Below, piece by piece: positions 9,352 through 19,746 of a stretch of DNA of 64,000 bases (the stretch's first letter is position 1; every line of letters begins with the position of its first letter). The position numbers and the translations under genes were made by a program. This stretch comes from an uncultured beta proteobacterium. Lineage in GTDB: Bacteria; Pseudomonadota; Gammaproteobacteria; Burkholderiales; Casimicrobiaceae. Under the pieces are notes generated by a model that saw only the letters and a program-made list of their open reading frames with translations, searched no databases and was not told where the DNA came from. The stretch spans positions 9,607 through 73,606 of the forward strand of contig CAWHXL010000007.1 in the NCBI GenBank assembly GCA_963833295.1, in the 5' to 3' direction.

Positions 9352-10527
9352 ATGCCATCCGTATTGTTCTACGTCCAGCACCTGCTGGGCATCGGTCACC
9401 TGATGCGCGCGCGTTTCGTCGCCGAGGCATTGGCCGACATCGGCTTCGACGTGCACCTGGTGAGCGGAGGAAACCCGATCGGCGGACGTCCTCCGCGCGG
9501 GGTGCGGACGATCCAGCTGCCGCCGATCCATGCCACGGATCCCGGCATGAAGCCGCTGCGCGGTGCCGATGGCCGCCCGGTCGACAGCGCCTACTGCGAT
9601 CGACGGCGCGACCTCCTGCTCGCCGCATTCGAATCGGTGGCGCCGGAGGTGGTCATCTTCGAGACGTTTCCGTTCGGACGCCGGGCATTGCACTTCGAGC
9701 TGCTGCCGCTGCTCGAACGGATCGGGACGACGCGTCCGCGTCCGCTGATCGTGAGCTCCGTGCGCGATATCCTCCAGCGGCGACAGAAGGTGGAGCGCGA
9801 GCGCGAAATGCTGGCGTTGGCCGAGCGCTGGTTCGACGCGGTCCTCGTCCACGGCGATCGCCGCTTCGCGCGCTTCGACGAAACGTTTCCCTTGGCACCT
9901 GAGCTCAGCCGGCCGGTGCACTACACGGGCTTCGTCGTTGCGCCGGATGCGGCCAGCGTGCCGCCATTCGAAGGCAGAAGGAGTGAAATCGTGGTGTCGG
10001 CCGGCGGCGGGGCCGTCGGTCTGCAGCTGCTCGATGCAGCGCTGACGGTGCAGAAACAATCGACGCAGGGTGCCGGTGCGTGGCGGTTCCTGGTCGGTGC
10101 CAACGTGCCCGAGGACGAGCTGCGGCAACTGGCGCGCGATGCGGGCCCTGGCGCGATCGTCGAGCGGGCGCGCGCCGATTTCCCGGCGCTCCTCGGCCGG
10201 GCGCTGATCTCCGTTTCGCAGGCGGGCTACAACACGGTGCTCGACGTGGTCCGCAGCGGCGCCCGACCGGTGCTCGTTCCCTATGCCGAAAATGGCGAGA
10301 CCGAGCAGCGGGCGAGGGCGAATCGCCTGCGCGACCTGGATCTGGCCGTGGTCGTCGACGATGAGGCCGTTTCGCCGGGCGCGCTCGCGCGGGCGATCGA
10401 CATTGCAGCGTCGAAGGAGCGTTGGGGACGGTGGGATCTCGACTGCGACGGCGCCGCCCGCTCGGCCGCCCTCGTCAGGGACTTGCTGGTGGCGGCGCGG
10501 AAGCAGCGCGCCGGAGCCGCGGCATGA
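9352..10527 (+). CDS. MurG-like (COG4671-like) glycosyltransferase, paralogue of the upstream gene
   Basis: Intact 391-aa ORF. VLFYVQHLLGIGHLMRARFVAEAL and SQAGYNTVLDVV parallel the motifs of 8061..9275. Confidence 0.8.
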   Translation: MPSVLFYVQHLLGIGHLMRARFVAEALADIGFDVHLVSGGNPIGGRPPRGVRTIQLPPIHATDPGMKPLRGADGRPVDSAYCDRRRDLLLAAFESVAPEVVIFETFPFGRRALHFELLPLLERIGTTRPRPLIVSSVRDILQRRQKVEREREMLALAERWFDAVLVHGDRRFARFDETFPLAPELSRPVHYTGFVVAPDAASVPPFEGRRSEIVVSAGGGAVGLQLLDAALTVQKQSTQGAGAWRFLVGANVPEDELRQLARDAGPGAIVERARADFPALLGRALISVSQAGYNTVLDVVRSGARPVLVPYAENGETEQRARANRLRDLDLAVVVDDEAVSPGALARAIDIAASKERWGRWDLDCDGAARSAALVRDLLVAARKQRAGAAA

Positions 10528-10600
10528 GCGCCGCAGGGCCGCCCCAAGGCGCTCATTGCTCCCTCTCGGAGGGAAGGCGCGCAGCGCCAAGGGTGCACTC

Positions 10601-11398
10601 ATGATCGTGTGGCAACCGCTCGACGACGAGCTCGAACGGTGGCGCGCCGCCGGCCGGCGCGCGACGCTATGGTGCCGCGACGACGATGCGTGCCGGGACT
10701 CGCCCGCGCTCGGGACGGCTGCTCGAGATCGCGGAGGCGGCCGGCGTGCCGGTCGCGCTCGCCGTCATTCCGGCGATGCTGGACACCGGATCTCGTCGCC
10801 GCGCTTGTGCGATCGGACATCGCGACCGTCGTCCAGCATGGGTACGCACACCGCAACCATGCGCCGATCGAGGAACGCAAGCGGGAGCTCGGGCGCGATC
10901 GACCGGTGGCCGTGACCGTCGCCGAGCTCGAATGGGGCTTCGATACGCTTCGGCGCAATTTCGGGGATCGCTTTGCCGCGGTGCTGGTTCCGCCGTGGAA
11001 TCGCATCGACGTCGACGTGGTTTTGCGCTTGCACGGCATCGGCTTTCACGGACTGTCCACCTTCGGGCCGCGCGCCGCCATGTCTCCCGCCTCCGGCATC
11101 GTGCAATGCAACACGCACGTCGATCTCATCGCGTGGCGCCGCGACCGCGCATTCATCGGGGCCGAGGCAGCCATCGCGCGTCTGGTCGGACCACTTGCGC
11201 GCACGCCGCGACGGCAGCGTGGACGGCTCCGAGCCGAGCGGCATTCTGACGCATCACCTCGACATGAGCGCCGAAGGCTGGCAGTTCCTTGCCGAGCTCA
11301 TGGCCCGCACCCGCGCGCGCGGCGCGGCGTGGCTCGACGCATCCGAGGTGTTCGGCGTGCCCGCCGGGGAGGAGATTACTTGCGGCCGATCAGCATGA
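10601..11398 (+). pseudogene. polysaccharide deacetylase-like protein, frame-disrupted (about 3 frame changes)
   Basis: ATG 10601 (MIVWQPLDDELERW...CRDDDA), then RLLEIAEAAGVPVALAVIPAML (frame of ORF 10686), then VVQHGYAHRNH...LVPPWNRID (ORF 10609), then GILTHHLDMSAEGWQFL (ORF 10973). The family call is tentative. Confidence 0.6.
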
Positions 11399-12043
11399 AG
11401 CGGACGTAGCGCCGCAGCTTGTGCTCGCCGGCAAACAGCACCTCGCGCATCGGGGCCTGCGATCGGAAGGTCGCAAGGTCCGGGCACGCAATTGACGTGC
11501 TCGCGGCACGCGTAGTAGTCGTTGGACTGCAGCGACGAGCAGTTGCCCGGCCGGAATCCGGTCGTACCAGCGGCCGAAGTCGTCGAGATGCTCGCAACAG
11601 GTGTTGATGATGACGTTCGGTGCGCCGCTGGTCCCAGCGGACATGCCGCGGTAATCGTAGTCGAGCATGTCGCCGGTCTGGGCCGCAAACCTGCCCTGGC
11701 GAACGTGCGTCGCATTCAGCGATAGCGCTACCGCAGCGCAACGCGGATCGATATCGAGACTCACCACGTTGCCGATCGTGAATCGCGGGTCGTGCAAGAG
11801 GACGGACGGCAGGACGCCGAACCAGCCGCCGAGCACCAGGACGCTGCCGAGGTTGGGTCCGACCGCGTCGAGGAGCGCATCGGCCAGCCACAACTTGCTG
11901 GCCATCTGATTCTTGTTGAGCGCCACGCCGAGCGCGGGTTCGTCGTGCCGCGAAAGGGTTGCCAGAACGTCGCGCTGCAGCGCGCTTCCCTCGGAGATCG
12001 CCAACCCATCGAGGATTTCGCCGTAGGACTCGTCCGTCGCCAT
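11376..12043 (-). pseudogene. putative class I methyltransferase-fold protein, frame-disrupted near the C-terminus
   Basis: ORF 11390..12064, with MATDESYG at 12043. It has the G-rich loop VLVLGGWFGVLPS and VSLDIDPR. The C-terminus continues in two other frames (NDYYACREHVN, then LATFRSQAPMREVLFAGEHKLRRYVRFMLIGRK, with the stop at 11376). Confidence 0.55.
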
Positions 12044-12267
12044 CGTATCTCGGTTCCTTTGCATCCCTGGTGCGCCGCAGGCCGGCGCTGCGGTGAGCAG
12101 GGCCTCACCCGGCGGCGGCCCGGACGGGCGGGCGCGCGTCCCGGCGGGGGGTGTGACAGGTGTTTACAACAACAGTTTAGCACGCGCGTCTGTGTCGCCC
12201 GGGGCCGACCTTTCCTCCGCACCGTCGATGTCGTATTCTGTTGCGCAACGGTCTCGGAGGAGGCGGA

Positions 12268-12771
12268 GTGGACGTATTCCAGGAAGCGGAAATGCTGCGC
12301 CGCGTGCCCTTCTTCGGCGGGCTCGATTCGGCGAAGTTGAAGCTCCTCGCGTTCACCAGCCGCGCCCTCAAGTTCGCGCCGGGCGAAAACCTCATGCGGC
12401 GGGGCGAGTCGTCCGACAGCGCCTACGTCATCCTCGAGGGCGAAGTCGAGATCGTCGCCGAGACGAGCGGAGGGGAATTCGTCCTCGCGGTCGTGGGCTC
12501 GAATGCCTTGATCGGCGAGATGGGCGTCATCCAGAATGCGACGCGGGGTGCCACCGTGCGCGCGAAGACCGCGGTGCGTACGCTGCGCATCGCCGGCGAC
12601 GTCTTTCTTCGGCTGATCACGGAAAATCCCGAATGTGCGCTCGACGTCATGCGGCAGTTGAGCGAGCGCGTCACGGCGTCGAACGCACGTCTTTCCGCCG
12701 CGCAGCGCGAGCTGGAATCGCTGCGCAAGCAACTCAAGACCGCCGCTCCGTCAGGCGGTGTGGCGACCTGA
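12268..12771 (+). CDS. cyclic nucleotide-binding domain protein without an HTH
   Basis: ORF 12241..12771. GTG 12268 follows GGAGGAGG; ATG 12292 is an alternative start. RRVPFFGGLD...GESSDSAYVILEGEVEI...IGEMGVI...RGATVRA matches the cNMP-binding beta-barrel and phosphate-binding cassette. The tail is a short coiled-coil-like segment (AAQRELESLRKQLK). Confidence 0.75.
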   Translation: MDVFQEAEMLRRVPFFGGLDSAKLKLLAFTSRALKFAPGENLMRRGESSDSAYVILEGEVEIVAETSGGEFVLAVVGSNALIGEMGVIQNATRGATVRAKTAVRTLRIAGDVFLRLITENPECALDVMRQLSERVTASNARLSAAQRELESLRKQLKTAAPSGGVAT

Positions 12772-12845
12772 TGCGCTCGCCGAGCCAGCTTGCGAAGGTG
12801 GAAACGTACGGCCTGGAGCCGGCGGGCGCTGCCGTGGCAACCGCG

Positions 12846-13495
12846 ATGCCCGAGGCGGAACGCTTCCAGTCGCTGTGGCGACCGTCGCGTCGCCTCGCCG
12901 CCCTCACCCAACGGGCGGACGATCTATGCCGAGTTGTGCAGCCGCTATGGGGCGACGTATCGGCGCTTTCACAATCTGGACCACATCCGGGATTGCGTGC
13001 GCCGCCTCGACGAGGTGACGCCTCTGCTGGACGATCGCGATGCGGTCGAGCTCGCGCTGTGGTTCCACGATGCCGTCTACGAGGTCGGCGCCAGCACGAA
13101 CGAGCGGCACAGTGCCGAGTTGTTTCTGGACTTGTCGGCGGGAGCACGGTTCGTCTTTCGCCACCACGTGTGCGGCCTGATCATGGCGACGCGCCACGCC
13201 CGCCTGATCCACGGCAACGACCGGCGCTTCATGGTCGACATCGATCTCTCCGGTTTCGGAGACCCATGGGACGTATTCATTCACAACGGCGCGCGGCTCC
13301 GCGAGGAGTCGGCGCATCAGACGCGACGCCCAGTATCTTGCCGCGCAAGTGGTCTTCCTGGGCCGGTTGCAACAGCGGCCGCGGATCTTCTTCACCGACT
13401 ATTTCCACGACCGATACGAGGCGCAGGCGCGCGAAAACCTGTCGCGGGTTCTCGCGGACCTCGCGCACCAGGGCTACCTGCCGCCCACCCGGTAA
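12846..13495 (+). pseudogene. HD-domain-like metal-dependent phosphohydrolase (COG4339-like), frame-disrupted
   Basis: MPEAERFQSLW (ATG 12846, frame of ORF 12093), then YAELCSRYGATYRRFHNLDHIRDCV...LALWFHDAVY (ORF 12790), then a C-terminus in a third frame ending ...[14 protein letters not shown] with TAA at 13493-13495. Confidence 0.55.
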
Positions 13496-14814
13496 ATGCG
13501 GTCGGCGTGGTCCGGCCGCGCACCAGCGCCTCGTCGAGCAATTCGCACGCGAACCGTTCCTTCCCGGCGCGAATGCGCGTCTGCTCCGAGACGATGATCG
13601 ACGTCCCGTACTGCTTGTTCAGCGCCTCGAGGCGCGAGGCGATGTTGACCTCGTCGCCGATCACCGTGTAGCCCAGCCGGTCCGGCGTGCCGATCAGGCC
13701 GTGGATCACGACGCCCGTGTTGATGCCGATGCGCGCGCGCAGCACCAGTCCGTTCGCCGAACGTGCGGGCCTTGAGGAGCGCCTGGATCTCCAGCGCCGC
13801 GTCGATCGCGTTGGCCGCGTGGTCGGGATTGAGCCGCGGTGCGTTGAAGGTGGCGAGGATCGCATCGCCCTGGAACTGGTTGATGACGCCGTCGTGGCGC
13901 GACAGCGGTTCCGCGACGGCCGCGTAGAACTCGTTGAGCGTGCGCACGAGCTCTTCCGGTGCGAGACGCTCCGAGAGCGCGGTGAAGCCCTCCAGGTCGA
14001 GGAACAGCACGGTCGCCTCGCGCGGCTCGCCGAATCCCAGCTGCACGCCGTCGTCGGACGTCTTGATGAGGTTGGCGACCTCGGACGGCACGAACCGCGC
14101 GAGGTCCTGGTTGCTGGCGCTCTCGGTGACGGCATAGGTGAGCAGGCGCCGGTTGCGCATGATCGCGTACGCCAGGATCGCCGTCACGACGAGGATGGAG
14201 ATCACCTTGTCGACCTCGGCGCCGATCAGGATGCTGTTCGACGTCAGGTAGTGGACGTAATCGCGCGTGATCATCGAGTCGCGGGGATCGATGGTGATCA
14301 CGTAGGCGACCAGCAGCATCCAGCCGACGACGGCGACGAGCCCGGCGGTGACGACCTTGCGGGCATCGAAGTTGAGCGTGCGCAGCGCGATGAAGATGAA
14401 GATGTACAGCACGGTCGGCGCCTTGAGATAGAACGAAGGCGGCTGCATGTACTGAAGATGGAAGCTCCAGATGAGGCCAAGCAGCAGCGTCATGTCGACG
14501 ACGATCGAGAGGTAGCGCATCCATTCGGACAGCCGCTGCCGGTAGGCGAGCATCAGCCGCAGCACGGTGAACGCGAGGTACGCAGCCAGCACCCATGGCA
14601 CCGGCTGGAACGGGGCGTCGGGCCGGAAGGTCTTCCGGGCTAGGAGGTAGACGATCGAGAAGCCGACCACCACGGCGAGCTGTATCCAGGAGACGAGTAT
14701 CTCGCTCGCTTCCTCCTGCGCCCGGACGCGTGTCGCGATGCGCGCCGGGAGGGGCATCCGCCGCGTCCGCCGGGGGAGGCGGACTTTCCAGGGGAGCGAC
14801 CGCGCTGCGTCCAT
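13474..14814 (-). pseudogene. membrane-anchored class III adenylate/guanylate cyclase, frame-disrupted in the catalytic domain
   Basis: ORF 13474..14814. The N-terminal half is multi-pass hydrophobic. The catalytic part is [18 protein letters not shown]...[16 protein letters not shown]. It continues in the frame of ORF 13392..14135 ([15 protein letters not shown]...[23 protein letters not shown]), then returns to the first frame (IYRVGGR stop). AAGGA precedes ATG 14814. Confidence 0.8.
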
Positions 14815-14892
14815 GGCGTTTTCCTTCGCTTGACAATTGGTGCCGGTGGGGGAGCCCGGCGCCTGTGTCAGTCGCGGCAGAGGCCGCTTCGC

Positions 14893-15504
14893 TTACGGCG
14901 CCACCGCATCTGGGCTGGGTGCGAGCGGCACGTTGCACTCGACGATCGAGACCCCCCCGCGAGCGTCGACGGCGAAGCGGTGCAGCGCGTCGCTGCGCAT
15001 CCGGACCGGCGGCTTGCCCGTCATGTCCCAACCCGTGGCGGCGGCAAGGATCGACCCGCAGCACCCCCAGATGGGTGACCGCGACCACCGGGCCGGGACT
15101 CGCGCGCCGCGCGCACCAGCCAGGGCCGCAAGCGCTCGAGTACCTCGCGCGGGCTCTCGCCGCCCGGCGGCCGGAAATCGAGACCCCGGGCCTCGTTTCG
15201 AGCGAACTCTTCGCCGTGGCGCGCGCAGATCTCGTCGAGGGTCAGGCCTTCCCAGTCGCCCCAGTGCATTTCGATGAGCGCACTGTCCTGCGGTGGGGCG
15301 TCGCCGCACAAGAGCATGGCCGTCTCCGCGGCCCGGCGAAGCGGGCTCGAGACCCAGGTGGCCGGACCGGCGGACGTCGGCGGGAACGCGCCATGCGCCG
15401 ACCTGGGCGCGGCCCCGCTCGCTCAGCGGGATGTCGCGGCGCCCCTGTATGCGCCCCACTTCGTTCCAGGCCGTGCTCCCATGGCGGAGCAACGCGACGA
15501 TCAT
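14893..15504 (-). pseudogene. histidine phosphatase (phosphoglycerate mutase family), frame-disrupted
   Basis: MIVALLRHGSTAWNEVGRIQGRRDIPLSERG (RHG motif, ATG 15504), then EMHWGDWEGLTLDEI (ORF 15021..15317), then AVTHLGVLRV, with the tail in the frame ending at 14893. Confidence 0.75.
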
Positions 15505-16803
15505 CGTGCCGGGACGGTGGCGAGCACGCCGCCGGCAAGGGTGTCCGCGAACCGCGCCGCAAGGCGGTCGGCACCCGCATCCATCGCGAATTCTGTCGTC
15601 GTCCGCGCGGTAGCCAGCCTCGCCCAGGCGCTGGCGCAGAGCCGGATCGCCGATGAGGCGCGCCAACGCGCCGGCCAGAGCCGCGGGCGCGCGGGGTTCG
15701 ACCAGCAGCCCGGTGACGCCGTCTTCGATCAGCTCCGGAATTCCCGACACGCGCGTCGACACGCACGCGAGCTTCTGGCTCTGCGCTTCGAGCAGAACAT
15801 TGGGCATCCCGTCGCGGTCGCCGTCGGCGCTGATCCTGCATGGGAGGGCGAAGACATCGGCGTTGCGATACGCGTCCGAGCACCGCGGCCTGCGATTGTG
15901 CGCCGCGCCACCGGATGCGTTCGGCGAGCCCGAGGTCGCGCGCCGTTTCCTCGAGGCGCGGCAGCAGTGGCCCGCCGCCGATGTGGACGAGCTGCCAATG
16001 CAGCCCGGACGGAAGCAGGGCAAGGGCGTGCAGCAGGTCGTCGAATCCCTTCTTGTCGACGGCCCGGCCCACGGCAAGGAGCGTCACCGCCGACGCGGAG
16101 TCGCGGCCGTCGTGCGCCGGACGCGTCCTGTGCGGGAGCGGGAAACCGCGCGGTGTCGATGCCGTGATAGTTGAGGGAGACTCGCTGCGACGGGCCGGCA
16201 AGATCGCGCAGGTGCCGGGCATTGGCATCGGTGCACGTGGTGACCCACGAGCACGCCGCCAGCTTTTCCCGCTTCTCCCAGTCGGGCGTAGTCCAGATGT
16301 CCTTGGCGTGAGCGGAGCAGCTCCACGCGAGCCCGCGCAACAGCGCCGCGTATCGCGCGACCGACGCCGGGCGTGTGCAGGAAGTGCGCGTGCAGGTGGA
16401 CGACGTTGCGCGGCAGCTCCGCGGCTAGAACCAGCGCCTGCCCGAAGCGGCGGATGCGGTTGCGCGTCGGATCGCGCCGCAGATCGCGCCACCACGCCGC
16501 CCGGGCAGCACGATACCCCGGCAGCCCGCGCGCACGGCGCCACGCACGCCAGACGCGCAGCGGCTCGTCGTGGAGGTACTCGGGAAGGTAGGCGACGGAA
16601 GCACGGATTTCGGCGTGGATCGGGTGCGTCTCGCGGTCGGTCGGATGGCGCAGCGAAAAGAGCGCGAGGCCGACGCCGCGCTGCTCCAGCGCGTGCAGCT
16701 CCTGCGCGATGAAGGTCTCCGACAGGCGCGGATACCCCTTGAGGACCACGCCGATGACGCCGGCCGCGCGCGAACCATCCATCAAGGTACCGTTTCGCTC
16801 CAT
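15501..16803 (-). pseudogene. GT4-family glycosyltransferase (WcaL-like), frame-disrupted (about 4 frame changes)
   Basis: N-terminus VIGVVLKGYPRLSETFIAQELHALEQRG (ORF 16084..17664 tail; ATG 16803 or 16782). Mid-section WSCSAHAKDIWTTPDWEK, then LLAVGRAVDKKGFDDLL, then ADVFALPCRISADGDRDGMPNVLLEAQSQKLACVSTRVSGIPELIEDGVTGLLV. Its TGA overlaps the phosphatase ATG (ATGA at 15501-15504). Confidence 0.75.
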
Positions 16804-16986
16804 GCCAGGGGCCGCGGCGCGGTCGTGCACACCTCGCCCAACACCGCCGCTCGCGGCGCGTGCGGCGGATGTTAACATCGAATCCAACGCCTCGACCGCT
16901 GCTGCCGTCCGCCTGCGACGGCCGCACGACGACAGGGACGAGATCAAGAACGAGAACGAGAACGAGCCTCCCGAGCCCGCCCGCGC
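16804..16986. promoter_or_regulatory. divergent intergenic region (GT4 operon versus ABC exporter)
   Basis: It lies between divergent starts at 16803 (-) and 16987 (+), so it must hold both promoters. No motif was assigned. Confidence 0.4.
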
Positions 16987-19650
16987 ATGGAACGGTCCCT
17001 TTTTCGCTACATCATCCACCACACCTGGCGCGACCAGGTACTGTTGCTGGTGGTGACGGCGATCAGCTTCCCGCTGATCTACATCAACCTCGAGATTCCG
17101 AAGCGCATCGTCAACCAGGCGATCGGCGGCAAGAACATTCCCGCGACGTTCCTGGGTTTCGACGTCACCCAGATCTCCTACCTGATGGCGTTGTCGGTGC
17201 TGCTGCTCGCGCTGATCACGATCAACGGCGCGATCAAGTACTGGCTGAACGTGTTCCGCGGCATCGTCGGCGAGCGGACGATGCGGCGCCTGCGGCACGA
17301 TCTCTACGAGAAGGTGCTGCGCTTCCCGCTGCCGCAGTTCAAGACCATGTCGGCCGGCGAGATCATCCCGATGATCGTCTCGGAGACCGAGCCGGTCGGC
17401 AATTTCATCGGCGAGTCGATCAACCTGCCGGTCTTCCAGGGCGGCCTGCTCGTCACCTACCTGGTGTTCATCTTCAACCAGAATCCCTGGCTCGGCCTGG
17501 CCGCAGTCGCGCTGTACCCGCCGCAGATGTACCTGATTCCGCGGCTGCAGCGCAAGATCAACTCGCTGTCGAAGGAGCGCGTGCAGACCGCGCGCGCGCT
17601 TTCGGACCGGATCGGCGAATCGGTGGCCGGATCGGCGGAGATCCGCGGCAACGACACCTTTCACCTCGAAGCCGCCGACATCAGCGACCGGCTGGGCACG
17701 ATCTTCGGCATCCGCGTCGACATCTACAAGCGCAAGTTCTTCGTCAAGTTCCTCAACAATTTCCTGGCGCAGGTCACGCCGTTCTTCTTCTACTCGGTCG
17801 GCGGCTACTTCGTGATCAAGGGCGAGCTGTCGCTGGGCGCGCTGGTCGCCGTGCTGGGCGCGTACAAGGACATCCTCGATCCGTGGAAGGAGCTCCTCGC
17901 TTGGTACTCGACCAAGGAGGACGTGCGGATCAAGTACGAGCAGATCGTGTCGCAGTTCGAGCCGCCCGGACTGATCGACAGCAAGCTGATCTCCGATCCC
18001 GTCGCGAAGGTCCCGCCGCTCGCCGGGGAGATCGCAGCCACCGGACTGCGTCTACAGCGAGGACGGCGTCATCAACCGGGTCGATCGGGTTTCGTGCGCC
18101 ATTCCAGCCGGCGAGCACGTCGCGCTGGTCGGAGGCGGCCACAGCGGCAAGGACGACATCGCGCACCTCGTTGCGCGCCTCATCTTTCCGAGCGGCGGTC
18201 GCGTCGTCGTGGGAGGAATCAACTTCGCCGACGTGCATCAGGCGATTCCCGGCCGGCGCATCGCCTACGCGACGCAGAACGCACACATCTTCTCGGGAAC
18301 GCTCGCGCACAACCTCTACTATGGCCTCAAGCACCAACCGGTCGACGCCGGCCGTCTACGACGAAGCCGGGAGCGCGTGCGCAGCAGGCGCGGGTGCGCG
18401 ATGCGCTGGCCGCCGGCAACAGCCCGCACGATATCCGCGCAGACTGGATCGACTACGAAGCCGCCGGCGTCCGCGACGCCGGAGAGCTGACCGAAACGGC
18501 GCTCGCCGTCCTGCGCCTGGTCGACCTGGAGCGAGGAGGTGATGCTCTTCGGCCTCGCGAGCACGGCGGATCCGCAGGCCGATCCGGCCTTCGCGCGCGA
18601 AGGCGCTGGAGGCGCGCGCACGAATGCAGCGAGCGCGTGCAGCAGCGAGAGCCTCGCGTCGTACGTCGAGCTCTTCGATCGCGACGCCTATCACTCGAAC
18701 ATCAGCGTCGCCGAGAATCTGCTGTTCGGCACACCGCGGCACCCGGCGTTCCAGCCCGCCAAGCTCGCCGAGCAATCCGCGAGGTCGTGGAGCTGCTGCG
18801 CGACGTCGGGTTGCTCGACGATTTCTACGCCGCAGGTGCCACGGTCGCCGGGCTGATGGTCGAATTGTTCGCGGACGTCCCGGCCGACAGCCCGATGTTC
18901 GACCAGTACAGCTTCATCAGCGCGGACGATCTGCCGGAATTCCGCGCTGCTGGTGGCGAAGATCGCCGACCGCGGCATCGCCGCCATCGACGACGAGGAG
19001 AGGGCGCGCCTGCTGGCGCTCACGTTCCGGATCGTCGTCGCGCAGCACCGCGTCGGGCGTGATCGACGACGGAGCGGCGCGCAAGCGCAAGATCGTCGAG
19101 GCGCGCGCCGAATTCCGCCGCCGCTACACCGACCGCGACGACGTCGTCGAGTTCTTCGAGCCGGACCGCTTCAGCTCGACGCTCTCGGTCCAGGACAACA
19201 TCCTGTTCGGGCGGGTTGTCGTTCGACCAGGCGAATGCGCAGGATCGCGTCGAAGACGATGGTGCGCGAGGTCGCGGCGGAGGTGGGCATGGAACCCGAG
19301 CTCGCTGCGACTTGGGCCTCGACTACGAGGTGGGCAACGGCGGATCGCGGCTTTCCTACTCGCAGCGGCAGCGGCTCGCAATCGCGCGCGGCATCATGAA
19401 GAATCCCGACATCCTCGATGTTCAACGAGCCGACCTCGGGCCTCGATCCGGCGACCGAGCTGCGCGTGCTGCGCGCGGTGCTCGGCTGGGCCAAGGGACG
19501 CACGGTCGTCTGGGCGCTGGGACGGGCGGACCTCGCGCGGGAGTTCGATCGCGTGCTCGTGCTCGACGACGGCCGGCTGATCGAGCAGGGCACGTTCGCC
19601 GAACTCGAAAAGCAGGGCGGCGCGCTGCCGATGCTCGCGCTACGAACCCC
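16987..19650 (+). pseudogene. fused permease/ATPase ABC exporter with atypical NBD motifs and a long NBD insertion; frame-disrupted (about 8 frame changes); 3' end approximate
   Basis: The intact TMD occupies 16987 to about 18050 (MERSLFRYIIHHTW..., six hydrophobic segments). The NBD is pieced from several frames: GEHVALVGGGHSGKDDIAHLV, RRIAYATQNAHIFSGTLAHNL, GSRLSYSQRQRLAIARGIMKNPDIL, MFNEPTSGLDP, GRTVVWALGRADLAREFDRVLVLDDGRLIEQGTFAELE. Confidence 0.75.
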
Positions 19651-19746
19651 GCGTCGGCCGCTTCGCGGCGTCGCAGGTTCGGCAGCCGGAGCGGAGGGTT
19701 CTGCGCGCTACGTCACTGCGCTCGCCGCAAAGCCGTTCCGCGCCCG

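Noticed and set aside
12268-14814. A Pycsar-type antiphage system (class III cyclase plus cNMP-binding effector).
   Set aside because: The cNMP-binding gene and the cyclase are on opposite strands and separated by another gene. The cNMP-binding protein has no TM, TIR or other killing domain. The cyclase has a large membrane anchor and is co-directional with, and probably co-transcribed with, glycan genes. It is kept only as a low-probability alternative in the corresponding finding.
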